Source: Candidatus Omnitrophota bacterium
GTDB taxonomy: Bacteria > Omnitrophota > Omnitrophia > Omnitrophales > Aquincolibacteriaceae
Length of the DNA stretch: 59,959 nt
Reading direction: 5' to 3'
Assembly: GCA_041666865.1 (NCBI GenBank)
Contig: JBAYGD010000016.1
Location: forward strand, 1-59,959
A program made the translations under genes and the position numbers. The notes under the pieces were generated by a model. The model was not told the DNA's origin. It ran no database searches and worked only from the letters and a program-made list of their open reading frames with translations. This document shows positions 1-8,436 of the stretch, piece after piece (position 1 is the first letter of the stretch; each line of letters opens with the position of its first letter).

Positions 1-1
1 C

Positions 2-553
2 GAAAAAGGAGGCGGTGAGGGCGGCTCCAGGGGGGGGCAGGACGGGGGACTGAGCGGCCTCCCACTGAATGAGGATGGTTCGGTCCAAACCAAAGAGCTG
101 GGCGAATGGATTTTTAGTGTGGAGGACCCCTGGGTAGATTTTGGGGCACCTGAGTTGCAGAAACGGAAAACAGCGGTTAATGTTTATGAAGGGAGAGTGT
201 ACGTGTTGAAATTGCTCGCCCACGAAGTTGTGGAAGAAGCGGGTATCATGGTCACCAGCGGGATGGGGCTGGTGGTTTCGGCCGTCGAGCTTCCGGAAGC
301 CGAGGCCCCGAGGCCTTTCGTCCAGCTGAGGTGGAGGTTTGGGGGTCTTGTCGAACTGGCGGCGACCCTGGTCGAGCTGTTTCGCGCTCACCAGACCCGG
401 GAAGAGATGCTTCTGAAAGCGGGTGAGTCCCGGTCGATGCTCGTGATATGGTCTCTTCGGTTTGCTCGTGGCGGATTTGTCGAGCTTGCGGTTGAGTTAA
501 GGGAAACGACAGGAGCGTGGGCGAATGCCTGGCGCTGGTCTTGGAACGGCTAA
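2..553 (+). CDS. hypothetical protein, C-terminal fragment (frame open to the 5' window edge)
   Basis: The frame of ORF 119..553 stays open back to nt 2. No motif was recognised, and no convincing minus-strand alternative was seen. Confidence 0.3.
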   Translation, partial: EKGGGEGGSRGGQDGGLSGLPLNEDGSVQTKELGEWIFSVEDPWVDFGAPELQKRKTAVNVYEGRVYVLKLLAHEVVEEAGIMVTSGMGLVVSAVELPEAEAPRPFVQLRWRFGGLVELAATLVELFRAHQTREEMLLKAGESRSMLVIWSLRFARGGFVELAVELRETTGAWANAWRWSWNG

Positions 554-619
554 GAAAACGGCTTAGAGATCAGGCGATACAGCCGATGAATATAAGGTCA
601 AAAGAGAGGGGGATCTGAC

Positions 620-1078
620 ATGAAGCGAAACCTTAAAGTGGCAGGGATTGGGGCAATATTATTTTTGATTTTAGCGGGCGCGGCAAACGCCCAGACCCCG
701 AGAAAGGGCATCGTCGACGAGCCGAAGGGACAGGTGGAGATTCGGACCGCAGGCGGTCAGTGGCAGGCCGCGCAGCAAGGAAGTATCCTCAACGAGGGCG
801 ATGAGATCCGTGCGGCCGAGCAATCTTCGGCGATCATCCTGCTTGATGATGCCGGAGCAACCGGCAAGCTCGAGTTGCGGGAGAAAAGCCGTTTGAGAAT
901 GACGACGATGGGGCTTGACGCCGTGAGCGGCGATCAACAGACCCTTCTCGAGCTGGCGACGGGTAAAGTGCTTATCCATGCTGAGAAGCTGAAAGGCGAA
1001 TCACGCTTCGAGGTCAAGACTCCGAACGCCATCACGGGAGTCCGCGGGACCGTCTTTGAAGTCAGCGTCGAAGATTAG
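620..1078 (+). CDS. FecR-domain secreted protein
   Basis: Has an N-terminal signal peptide (VAGIGAILFLILAGAANAQ) and a C-terminal GVRGTVFEV motif typical of FecR domains. It sits directly upstream of a CHASE2 sensor. Confidence 0.65.
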   Translation: MKRNLKVAGIGAILFLILAGAANAQTPRKGIVDEPKGQVEIRTAGGQWQAAQQGSILNEGDEIRAAEQSSAIILLDDAGATGKLELREKSRLRMTTMGLDAVSGDQQTLLELATGKVLIHAEKLKGESRFEVKTPNAITGVRGTVFEVSVED

Positions 1079-1108
1079 CTCCGTTTTCTCTCCAATGCCG
1101 AGGGATGC

Positions 1109-2863
1109 ATGAAGCTTGCCCCAGCAGGTCTCATTGACCGGTCCGATACCATTTTCCGCCGCAAGGAGAGGGATCTCCGTTTCTTTCTCTGGAAGGTTTT
1201 CTGCCGGTATTTCATCCACACCTTTGCTTGCGCGCTGATTATCGGAATTTTTCTGTGGCTGCAGAGGACTCCGTTGCTGGAGAGGCCGGAGCTGATGGTG
1301 CTCGACAAATTTATGCGCTGGCGGGGCGCTGTGGCAGTCCTGCCGGACATCGCGATCGTCGAAATCGCGCAGGATAGTTTGCAGGAGATCGGGCGATGGC
1401 CGTTCCCGCGCGCGTATCACGCTGTGCTGACCAAGGCGCTCTCCGACTGGGGTGCCCGCGCCATTATCTACGATATCCTGTTTACCGAACCGAGCACGGA
1501 ACTCGACGATGGGGCATTCGCCGAAGCGATCGCTCAGTCCGGGCGAGTCTATCTGCCGGTGGCTCTCGAGCACGCGGAGGCCGGCGCGAAGTGGATCCAC
1601 AACCTGCCGGAATTTGAGCGGCATGCGAGGGGCATCGGGCACATCAATATTTTCCCGGACCGTGACGGGATCATGCGCCGCGTCCAGCCGTTTCTTTATT
1701 CGAATACCGAAATGCAGCCGCACCTCGCCCTGAAATTGGCCTATGACGTGATGGGCGAGCAGGTCCCGCCTCCGGGAGCTTTGCCGCACGATGAACACGG
1801 AAATTTTATGATCAACTGGGCCGGCCCTTGGAACGCGACCTTCGAACATTATTCCTACAGGGATATCCTCCGCAACTTTGCGTCGGTTTCGAAGGGGGAA
1901 AAGCCCTTGATTCCGACCGAAAAATTTCGCAATAAAATCGTTTTTATTGGTTTGACCGCCGCAGGCCAGACGGACATCAAGCCGACTCCGCTCGAGCCGG
2001 TCTACCCCGCAGTCGGAGTCCATGCCAACATCCTGAACAGCGTTCTGACGGGCCGCTATATCCAGCCGGTTCCGATGGCCTTGAACCAGGCCGTGATGCT
2101 GATCCTCGGACTATGGACCTCCAGCATGTTCGTTCGGTTCCGGAGCTTGCTTTTTTTTCTCGCCAATTTGTCCCTTGGCGGCATTTGGGTGTGGGTTTCC
2201 TACCTCGTGTTCCGGCACTTCGACGTCTGGATCGACACGATGCAGCCCCTTCTTTTGATTGCGACGCTTTTTTTATTTTCCCTGGCCTACGGCTTTTTTG
2301 CCGAGAAAAAGGAGCATTACCGTTGCCTTCAGCTGGCGATCCATGACGGGCTGACGGGACTTTTTGTCATCCGGTATCTGCGGGAAGTCATGAATGATGA
2401 AGTGCTGGAGTCTCAGGTCAAAAGACGGCCGCTTTCGGTCCTCCTGAGCGACGTCGATCACTTCAAGAAAATCAACGACACGTACGGCCATCAGGCGGGA
2501 GACATGGTGCTCAAGGAGACTGCCCAGGTCATGTCGGATTTGGCCGCGAAGTTCGGCAACGAAAGGGAATGCCCGGTGGCGCGCTACGGCGGAGAAGAGT
2601 TCCTGATCATGGCCCGGAATTACCGGCTCGAGGAAATGGCGTTCAAAATCGCCGAGCCCCTGCGAAAGGCCGTCGAAAGCCATTCGTTTATTTGGGAGGG
2701 AAAGCCCATCAAAGTCACGATCAGCATCGGGGTGGGGACCCTGTTCCCGCGCGAGAGCGTTCCGGATCCGATGATCGGCCGTGCCGACGCCGCGCTCTAC
2801 CGCGCCAAAGATTCCGGCCGCAACCGCGTCTGCCTCGGAAGCGACGCGCCGTCCAAGAGCTGA
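1109..2863 (+). CDS. CHASE2 sensor domain diguanylate cyclase (GGDEF)
   Basis: N-terminal TM segment, a periplasmic CHASE2-like region, a TM cluster, then a GGDEF domain (DHFKKINDTYGHQAGD, RYGGEEF, ADAALYRAKDSGRNR). A GAGGG Shine-Dalgarno lies upstream of the ATG. Confidence 0.85.
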   Translation: MKLAPAGLIDRSDTIFRRKERDLRFFLWKVFCRYFIHTFACALIIGIFLWLQRTPLLERPELMVLDKFMRWRGAVAVLPDIAIVEIAQDSLQEIGRWPFPRAYHAVLTKALSDWGARAIIYDILFTEPSTELDDGAFAEAIAQSGRVYLPVALEHAEAGAKWIHNLPEFERHARGIGHINIFPDRDGIMRRVQPFLYSNTEMQPHLALKLAYDVMGEQVPPPGALPHDEHGNFMINWAGPWNATFEHYSYRDILRNFASVSKGEKPLIPTEKFRNKIVFIGLTAAGQTDIKPTPLEPVYPAVGVHANILNSVLTGRYIQPVPMALNQAVMLILGLWTSSMFVRFRSLLFFLANLSLGGIWVWVSYLVFRHFDVWIDTMQPLLLIATLFLFSLAYGFFAEKKEHYRCLQLAIHDGLTGLFVIRYLREVMNDEVLESQVKRRPLSVLLSDVDHFKKINDTYGHQAGDMVLKETAQVMSDLAAKFGNERECPVARYGGEEFLIMARNYRLEEMAFKIAEPLRKAVESHSFIWEGKPIKVTISIGVGTLFPRESVPDPMIGRADAALYRAKDSGRNRVCLGSDAPSKS

Positions 2864-2921
2864 AGACGTCTTTGTCCCCAGATCTTGCTTGGGGGTCGAC
2901 AGCCGCTCGCGAAATAAGTCA

Positions 2922-2951
2922 TTGAGAACCTTCCCCCTGTAATTGTATAAT
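2922..2951 (+). promoter_or_regulatory. candidate sigma70-type promoter: TTGAGA, 18-nt spacer, TATAAT
   Basis: TTGAGA at 2922-2927 and a perfect TATAAT at 2946-2951. The -10 box ends 9 nt before the gcvT ATG, and no Shine-Dalgarno lies between them. Confidence 0.35.
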
Positions 2952-2960
2952 GCCCCGCTA

Positions 2961-4055
2961 ATGGCTATGATTTCTGATCACACCCGCGTGCTTCCCCTTC
3001 ACGAAAAACACGCCAAGCTTCAGGCGAAGTTCGGCGCCTTCGGCGAATGGGAAGTTCCGCTTTACTATACGAGCATCCTGGAAGAGCACGAAGCGGTCCG
3101 CAGCCGCGCCGGACTTTTCGATATCTCCCACATGGGAGGGTTCTGGATCGAAGGCCCGGGGGCTGTGTCTTTTCTCGAGGAGCTTTTGCCCCGCCGCGTC
3201 GCGCCTGTCGAGCCCGGCCGCGCGGTCTACAGCCCGCTTCTCAACGAGCACGGCGGCTTTGTCGACGACATCGTCTTTTACCGTTTTTCGCAGGAACGTT
3301 TTTATCTGATCGTCAACGCCTCGAACGTTCGCAAGGATGCCGAATGGATTACAAGCCGCCTGACGGGCGGCGTCGGGTTTTCGAACGAGACGGGGAAAAA
3401 AGGTTTGCTTTCTCTCCAGGGCCCGGCCAGCCCCCGGATTTTGGGCCGGGTATGCGGGAAGGATTTTCTCGAGCTGAAATATTACCGCTTCAAGCCGTTT
3501 AATGACGGCATGATCGCCAAGACCGGCTATACGGGCGAGGAGGGGTTCGAGATTCTCGTCGACGTCGAGGACCTTCCGAAGATTTGGGACGACCTTTTTG
3601 ACGCCGGAAAGTCCGAGGGCCTTACCGCGGCGGGATTCGGAGCACGTGATACTTTGCGCTTCGAAGCCGGCATGCTTCTCTACGGCCATGACATGGATGA
3701 TCGCACGACGCCGCTCGAAGCCGGAGTCGGCTGGGCGGTGGATTTGAGCAAAGGGTCTTTTGTCGGGCGCGAAGCCCTACTTCGCCAAAACCGTGATGGT
3801 GTGCCCCGGCGGTTTGTCGGGCTCGAGATGATCGAACGCGGCATTCCCCGCCAGGGCTGTGAGATCCTGAAAAACGGCGTGCCGGCGGGGCAGGTGACCA
3901 GCGGAAGTTTTTCGCCGACGTTTCGGAAGAATCTCGGGCTCGGCTATGTGGCGGACGAATGGTCGGCGCCCGGGACGGAAGTGGAAATCATGATCCGTCA
4001 GAATCCCGTGAAGGCGCGCGTTGCGCCCCTTCCCTTTTATCGAAGAAAAAAATGA
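2961..4055 (+). CDS. gcvT: glycine cleavage system aminomethyltransferase (T protein)
   Basis: Family-typical sequence throughout (PLHEKHAKLQAKFGAFGEWEVPLYY, GLFDISHMG, GYTGEEGFE, ARDTLRFEAGM). I prefer the ATG at 2961 over the TTG at 2943. Confidence 0.95.
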   Translation: MAMISDHTRVLPLHEKHAKLQAKFGAFGEWEVPLYYTSILEEHEAVRSRAGLFDISHMGGFWIEGPGAVSFLEELLPRRVAPVEPGRAVYSPLLNEHGGFVDDIVFYRFSQERFYLIVNASNVRKDAEWITSRLTGGVGFSNETGKKGLLSLQGPASPRILGRVCGKDFLELKYYRFKPFNDGMIAKTGYTGEEGFEILVDVEDLPKIWDDLFDAGKSEGLTAAGFGARDTLRFEAGMLLYGHDMDDRTTPLEAGVGWAVDLSKGSFVGREALLRQNRDGVPRRFVGLEMIERGIPRQGCEILKNGVPAGQVTSGSFSPTFRKNLGLGYVADEWSAPGTEVEIMIRQNPVKARVAPLPFYRRKK

Positions 4056-4061
4056 ATCAAG

Positions 4062-4177
4062 GCTCCGAAACCTATGTTTCGGAGCAACAACCCCGTAGAC
4101 GAGCGTCAAGCGAGTCACGGGTAGTCCTTGCGCATTAGGCGCAAGGATAAGCAAATCAAAACTTGAGGTTTTGATTT
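4062..4177 (+). promoter_or_regulatory. three perfect 9-10 bp hairpins in the gcvT-gcvH spacer (4062-4085, 4125-4147, 4153-4177)
   Basis: The stems are gctccgaaac/gtttcggagc, tccttgcgc/gcgcaagga and aaatcaaaac/gttttgattt. The last hairpin ends 3 nt before the GGAGG Shine-Dalgarno of gcvH. Confidence 0.45.
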
Positions 4178-4189
4178 ATTGGAGGCGTG

Positions 4190-4579
4190 ATGAATTTTCC
4201 CAAGGAACTCAAATACACCAAGACGCACGAGTGGGCGTCAAAAAAAGGCAATCTCGTGACGGTCGGAATCACTCAATATGCCCAGGGGGAAATTTCTGAC
4301 GTCGTGTTCGTGGAGCTCCCCAAGGCCGCTCAAGTGCTCGTCCAAGGCAAGCCCGCTGCCGTCGTCGAGTCGGTGAAGGCGGCTTTCGATATTTACTCGC
4401 CGATGTCGGGCAAAGTGACGCGGATGAACACTCAGCTTGAGTCGAAACCCGAGCTCGTGAACCAGGACTGCTACGCTCAAGGATGGCTGTTTGAGCTGGA
4501 ACTCTCGAACCCTGCAGAATGGGATGCCCTGATGGCCTCCGACGCCTACGAGGCGCAAATTCAGCAGGAGCATCACTAG
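4190..4579 (+). CDS. gcvH: glycine cleavage system H protein
   Basis: Contains the lipoyl-lysine motif VESVKAA and HEW near the N-terminus. GGAGG lies at 4181-4185. Confidence 0.95.
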   Translation: MNFPKELKYTKTHEWASKKGNLVTVGITQYAQGEISDVVFVELPKAAQVLVQGKPAAVVESVKAAFDIYSPMSGKVTRMNTQLESKPELVNQDCYAQGWLFELELSNPAEWDALMASDAYEAQIQQEHH

Positions 4580-4583
4580 ATTC

Positions 4584-5921
4584 ATGAGCTACCTGCCGCT
4601 GACCGAAAATGACCGCAGGGACATGTTCGAAACGCTCGGGATCTCTTCCTTTGAAGAGCTCGTGCGGTCGATCCCTGCATCGCTTCGGGGAGTCAAGCTC
4701 GATATCCCCGAGGGCCTGAGCGAACTCGAGCTTCAGGCTCTGCTCGAGCGGCTGGGGCGAAAAAACCTTACGACCCGCGACTGCCTTTCCTTTCTCGGCG
4801 GCGGAAGTTACGACCACTTCATCCCGGCAGCCGTTTCACAAATTATTTCCCGCAACGAATTCTACACGGCCTATACGCCGTATCAGCCGGAGGCTTCGCA
4901 GGGAACGCTTCAGGCCATTTTCGAATACCAGAGCTTCATGACGGAACTGACCGGTCTGGACGTTTCCAACGCTTCGCATTATGACGGAGCCACCAGTCTT
5001 GCGGAGGCAGCGCTGCTTGCCCTGCGACAGACAGACCGGGCCACCGTCCTCGTGGCGCGCTCGGTCCATCCCCATTACCGGGAGGTCCTCAACACCTATC
5101 TGAAGGGGACTCCTTTTCGAGCGGTGGAAGTTGCAACGCTTGCGGACGGTCGGCTCGACCGTGCGGACTTCGAATCGAAGCTTGGTCCGCAGACGGCCTG
5201 TGCGGTGGTTCAGTCGCCGAATTTTTTCGGAGTGATCGAGGATCTCGACGGCATGAGCGACCGTTTGCATGCGGCGGGCTCGCTGCTGGTCATGGTTTGC
5301 CATCCGCTGGCCCTCGCGGTGATGAAGTCCCCGGGAGAATGGGGGGCGGATCTCGCGGTGGGGGAAGGCCAGCCGCTCGGGATCCCGATGAATTACGGAG
5401 GCCCGTACCTGGGATATTTTTCGGCGGCGCGCTCGCTCATTCGCCGGATGCCCGGACGCCTGGCGGGCATGACCCTCGATTCCGAAGGGCGCCGCGCTTT
5501 TTGTCTCACCCTGCAGGCCCGCGAACAGCACATCCGGCGCGAACGCGCGGCCTCGAACATTTGCACCAACCAGGCTCTCTGCGCGCTTGCGGCCTGCGTC
5601 TATATGACGCTCCTCGGGAAGGAAGGCGTGCGCGAGGCGGCCGAGATGAATGTCGACCGCGCCCATACGCTGCGCGAAAAAATCGCCGGCGTGAAGGGTT
5701 TTTCGGTCGGTACAAATCTGCCTGTATTCAATGAGTTTGTCGTTCGTTCTTCCAAGCCCTTCGCCGAGGTCGACAAGAAGCTGCGCGCCGCGAACATTCT
5801 TCCGGGGATTGATCTCGGAGCGTTTTATCCCGAGCTTCGCGACCATTTTCTCGTGTGCGCCACCGAAACCAAAACCGCCCAGGACCTGGACCGCTTTGTG
5901 GAGGCTCTCAAGCAATGCTGA
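4584..5921 (+). CDS. gcvPA: glycine dehydrogenase (decarboxylating) subunit 1
   Basis: Split P-protein N-terminal subunit (YTPYQPEASQGTLQ, QAREQHIRRERA). Sits in conserved gcv operon order. Confidence 0.95.
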   Translation: MSYLPLTENDRRDMFETLGISSFEELVRSIPASLRGVKLDIPEGLSELELQALLERLGRKNLTTRDCLSFLGGGSYDHFIPAAVSQIISRNEFYTAYTPYQPEASQGTLQAIFEYQSFMTELTGLDVSNASHYDGATSLAEAALLALRQTDRATVLVARSVHPHYREVLNTYLKGTPFRAVEVATLADGRLDRADFESKLGPQTACAVVQSPNFFGVIEDLDGMSDRLHAAGSLLVMVCHPLALAVMKSPGEWGADLAVGEGQPLGIPMNYGGPYLGYFSAARSLIRRMPGRLAGMTLDSEGRRAFCLTLQAREQHIRRERAASNICTNQALCALAACVYMTLLGKEGVREAAEMNVDRAHTLREKIAGVKGFSVGTNLPVFNEFVVRSSKPFAEVDKKLRAANILPGIDLGAFYPELRDHFLVCATETKTAQDLDRFVEALKQC

Positions 5922-7423
5922 TTTCCGACGACAGCCGTCTGAGTTTCGAAAAAGGAAGTCCCGGCCGGCGGGGAATACGCCTGAACGCGGCCCCGCTCGG
6001 GGCGAAGGGGCTTCGGGACCGTCTTCCGGCGCATTTGCTGCGCAAGCGGCCTCTCGTGCTGCCCGAAATGAGCGAGCTCGAGGTGGTGCGGCACTTCGTC
6101 AATCTATCCCGGAAGAATTTTTCGATCGACACCCACTTTTATCCTCTCGGAAGTTGTACGATGAAGTACAACCCGAAGGTGAACGAATGGGCCGCCGCCC
6201 ATCCGGCATTCACCCAGGTCCATCCCTTCGAGGGAGACGACGCGGCTCAAGGGATCTTGCAGGTCTACTACGAAACCGAACAGTATCTCAAGGCCGTGAG
6301 CGGCATGGACCGCTTCACCCTTCAGCCTTCGGCGGGAGCGCACGGGGAGCTCACCGGCATGATGCTTGTCCATGCCTGGCACGAGTCTCGGGGTGATTCG
6401 AGGCGCCGGAAGATCCTTGTTCCCGATTCGAGCCACGGCACGAATCCGGCGAGCGCGGCCCTGTTCAATTACCATGTGGTCGAGCTCAAGTCGAACGCTC
6501 GCGGGCGGGTCGACCTCGACGAGCTCCGCGCTCACTTGGACGACGAAACGGCCTGTCTCATGCTGACGAACCCCAACACGCTCGGGCTTTTCGAGGAGGA
6601 CATCCTCGAGATTACGAAGCTCGTTCACGAGAAGGGGGCCCTCCTTTACTATGACGGCGCGAATCTGAACGCGCTCCTCGGTCTCGCTCGCCCCGGCGAC
6701 ATGGGCTTTGACATCGTTCATATCAATTTGCACAAGACTTTTTCGACTCCGCACGGCGGCGGAGGGCCCGGGTCGGGCCCGGTCGGAGTCAAAAAATTTC
6801 TCGAACCCTTTTTACCCCGGCCTCTTGCGGCCAAAACGGGGGACCGCTATCACTGGGTGACGGACCCGGGACAGTCGATCGGGCGTTTGCGGGCTTTTTA
6901 CGGGAATTCGGGAATCATTCTGCGCGCGTGGGTTTACATCCGCATGATGGGAGGGCCCGGGCTTTTGCGCGCGAGTCAAGACGCCGTCTTGAACGCGAAC
7001 TATTTGCGCGCCAAGCTGAAGAATATCTTTCAGGTGGCGATCGACGAGCCCTGCATGCACGAATTCGTTCTCACGATCAGGGGTGCGAAAAAGCAGGGGA
7101 TCCACGCCGGCGACATCGGCAAGCGCCTGCTCGATTTCGGGATCCACGCTCCGACGGTCCATTTTCCGCTCGTGGTCGAGGAGGCCCTGATGATCGAGCC
7201 GACCGAGACCGAGGCCAAGGAAGTTCTGGACCATTTTGTCAAAGTCATGGGGCAAATCGGCGAGGAAATGATCCGCGACCCGGACCTGATCCTTCAGGCG
7301 CCACATCACCTCCCGATTCATAGGCCCGACGAGGTCCTGGCGGCGCGAAAACCCGTTCTTTCGTACCGCGATCTTTTGCGGGAAAAGATGCTGGCCGCTG
7401 AGGGCGCTCCGGTCTCCCCATGA
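5915..7423 (+). CDS. gcvPB: glycine dehydrogenase (decarboxylating) subunit 2
   Basis: Has the PLP-lysine motif NLHKTFSTPHGGGGPG. The ATG at 5915 overlaps the gcvPA stop (ATGCTGA), and the longer 5855 start is a frame extension. Confidence 0.95.
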   Translation: MLISDDSRLSFEKGSPGRRGIRLNAAPLGAKGLRDRLPAHLLRKRPLVLPEMSELEVVRHFVNLSRKNFSIDTHFYPLGSCTMKYNPKVNEWAAAHPAFTQVHPFEGDDAAQGILQVYYETEQYLKAVSGMDRFTLQPSAGAHGELTGMMLVHAWHESRGDSRRRKILVPDSSHGTNPASAALFNYHVVELKSNARGRVDLDELRAHLDDETACLMLTNPNTLGLFEEDILEITKLVHEKGALLYYDGANLNALLGLARPGDMGFDIVHINLHKTFSTPHGGGGPGSGPVGVKKFLEPFLPRPLAAKTGDRYHWVTDPGQSIGRLRAFYGNSGIILRAWVYIRMMGGPGLLRASQDAVLNANYLRAKLKNIFQVAIDEPCMHEFVLTIRGAKKQGIHAGDIGKRLLDFGIHAPTVHFPLVVEEALMIEPTETEAKEVLDHFVKVMGQIGEEMIRDPDLILQAPHHLPIHRPDEVLAARKPVLSYRDLLREKMLAAEGAPVSP

Positions 7424-8049
7424 AGGTCTGGCATTTTTTGCCGTTGATCAGCGCGCCGATGCCTTTTCAGATGACGGTCGATGAGACGCTTTTCCGTAGC
7501 AGGCTAGAGGCCGCTGAAAAGGAGATCCTGCCTCCCATCCTTCGCTTTTATCTCGCTTCGGAGCCGTGGATTTCCGTCGGTTATTCGGGAAGCGCGGATG
7601 CTCCGGAGGGCGGCATCCCTGTCTGCCGTAGGATCACAGGCGGTGGCAGAGTCCTGCACGGCAAGGACCTGATTTTTTCGTTGGTGGCGCATAAGGGCGC
7701 GCACGAATCGTTCCGGGAGGTTCGCGCAAGTTATGTGGCCATTCACACGGCCGTGAAGCTCGGGCTCGAAAAGGCAGGCAGAAAGCCCCGGTTTTACCGG
7801 TGTACCGAGAACCTCCCGAAGGGCGGGGATTGCTTCCGTTTTCCGATTCCCTCCGACTTGGCGGTCGATGGGCGAAAGGCTGCCGGCGGCGCCCAGAAGC
7901 GCTCGCGCGGGATCCTTTTGCATCAGGAATCTGTTCAATTCGAAGGGATGGACCGCGAAAGACTTCGGGAGGCGCTCGAGACGGCCTTCGCGGAAGTGTT
8001 CGGGGTTTCTCTCATCCCGCAAGATCTCGACCCGGAGCTCATCTTATGA
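7420..8049 (+). CDS. short lipoate/octanoate protein ligase-like enzyme (BPL/LPL catalytic domain only)
   Basis: Carries RRITGGGRVLHG and the KAAGGAQKR lysine motif of the LplA/LipM/LipL family. It is only 209 aa with no C-terminal accessory domain, and it has an ATGA overlap with gcvPB. Confidence 0.7.
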   Translation: MKVWHFLPLISAPMPFQMTVDETLFRSRLEAAEKEILPPILRFYLASEPWISVGYSGSADAPEGGIPVCRRITGGGRVLHGKDLIFSLVAHKGAHESFREVRASYVAIHTAVKLGLEKAGRKPRFYRCTENLPKGGDCFRFPIPSDLAVDGRKAAGGAQKRSRGILLHQESVQFEGMDRERLREALETAFAEVFGVSLIPQDLDPELIL

Positions 8050-8426
8050 AAGAAATCGATACCATCCTCAAGAAGATCGAAAAGATCATTGCCGGCTACG
8101 GCCATTACAAGTTCGAGGCCTACAGCTTCGTCATGGCCGGGCTCCATTACACGGTTTCGAAGCTCGAAAAGCAGCGCCACGTGACGGGCCGGGAGCTCCT
8201 TGACGGGATCCGCAGGTACGCGCTGGACCAGTTCGGCCCCATGGCCCGGACCGTTCTCCAGTACTGGGGCATTACCGAGACTGAGGATTTCGGCAAGATC
8301 GTCTTCGCGCTCGTGGATGCAGGTATTTTACGCAAACAGCCCGAGGACAAGCTCGAGGACTTTCGCGACGTGTTTCGTTTCGACGAGGCCTTCGACCAGG
8401 CCTACAAGATCGACGATGAAGCTTGA
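8046..8426 (+). CDS. small conserved protein resembling the Minf_1886 (Verrucomicrobia/Planctomycetes-restricted) family
   Basis: The internal ATG at 8046 overlaps the upstream stop (ATGA). The stretch HVTGRELLDGIRRYALDQFGPMARTVLQYWGITETEDFGKIVFALVDAGIL matches my memory of that family; this is not verified. Confidence 0.5.
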   Translation: MKEIDTILKKIEKIIAGYGHYKFEAYSFVMAGLHYTVSKLEKQRHVTGRELLDGIRRYALDQFGPMARTVLQYWGITETEDFGKIVFALVDAGILRKQPEDKLEDFRDVFRFDEAFDQAYKIDDEA

Positions 8427-8436
8427 AGTTCCGGCG

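Noticed and set aside
30-37. A G8 homopolymer in the first partial ORF, and numerous T8/A8 runs in membrane-protein genes, as possible phase-variation tracts. Examples are at 31703, 32323, 38489, 40577, 41647, 43280, 54512, 54944, 55220 and 55443.
   Set aside because: Equivalent T8 runs also occur in housekeeping genes (plsC at 15502, the cyclase at 2151). They simply encode Phe-rich TM segments. A single sequence gives no length-variation evidence.
119-553. Treating ORF 119..553 as a complete 144-aa gene starting at its first Met.
   Set aside because: The frame is open to the window edge and the first codon is GTG without a Shine-Dalgarno, so it is more likely the tail of a longer upstream gene if it is coding at all. 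I kept it only as a low-confidence partial CDS.
2864-2960. A glycine riboswitch was expected upstream of gcvT.
   Set aside because: The leader is under 100 nt and lacks the conserved GGAGAG...CACCGAAGGGGCAA-type cores. Only a short hairpin and a promoter-like TTGAGA/TATAAT pair are visible.
5855-5914. N-terminal extensions offered by the ORF track. Examples are 5855 for gcvPB, 7800 for the small protein, 8200 for the helicase, 33452 for the GT-C protein, 36982 for the GT2, 46763 for ppd, 48576 for the NUDIX gene and 52670 for the methyltransferase.
   Set aside because: The extensions overlap the preceding gene in another frame and encode Arg/Pro-rich junk. Internal ATG or GTG starts that give 4-nt overlaps or sit behind a Shine-Dalgarno fit the family N-termini.
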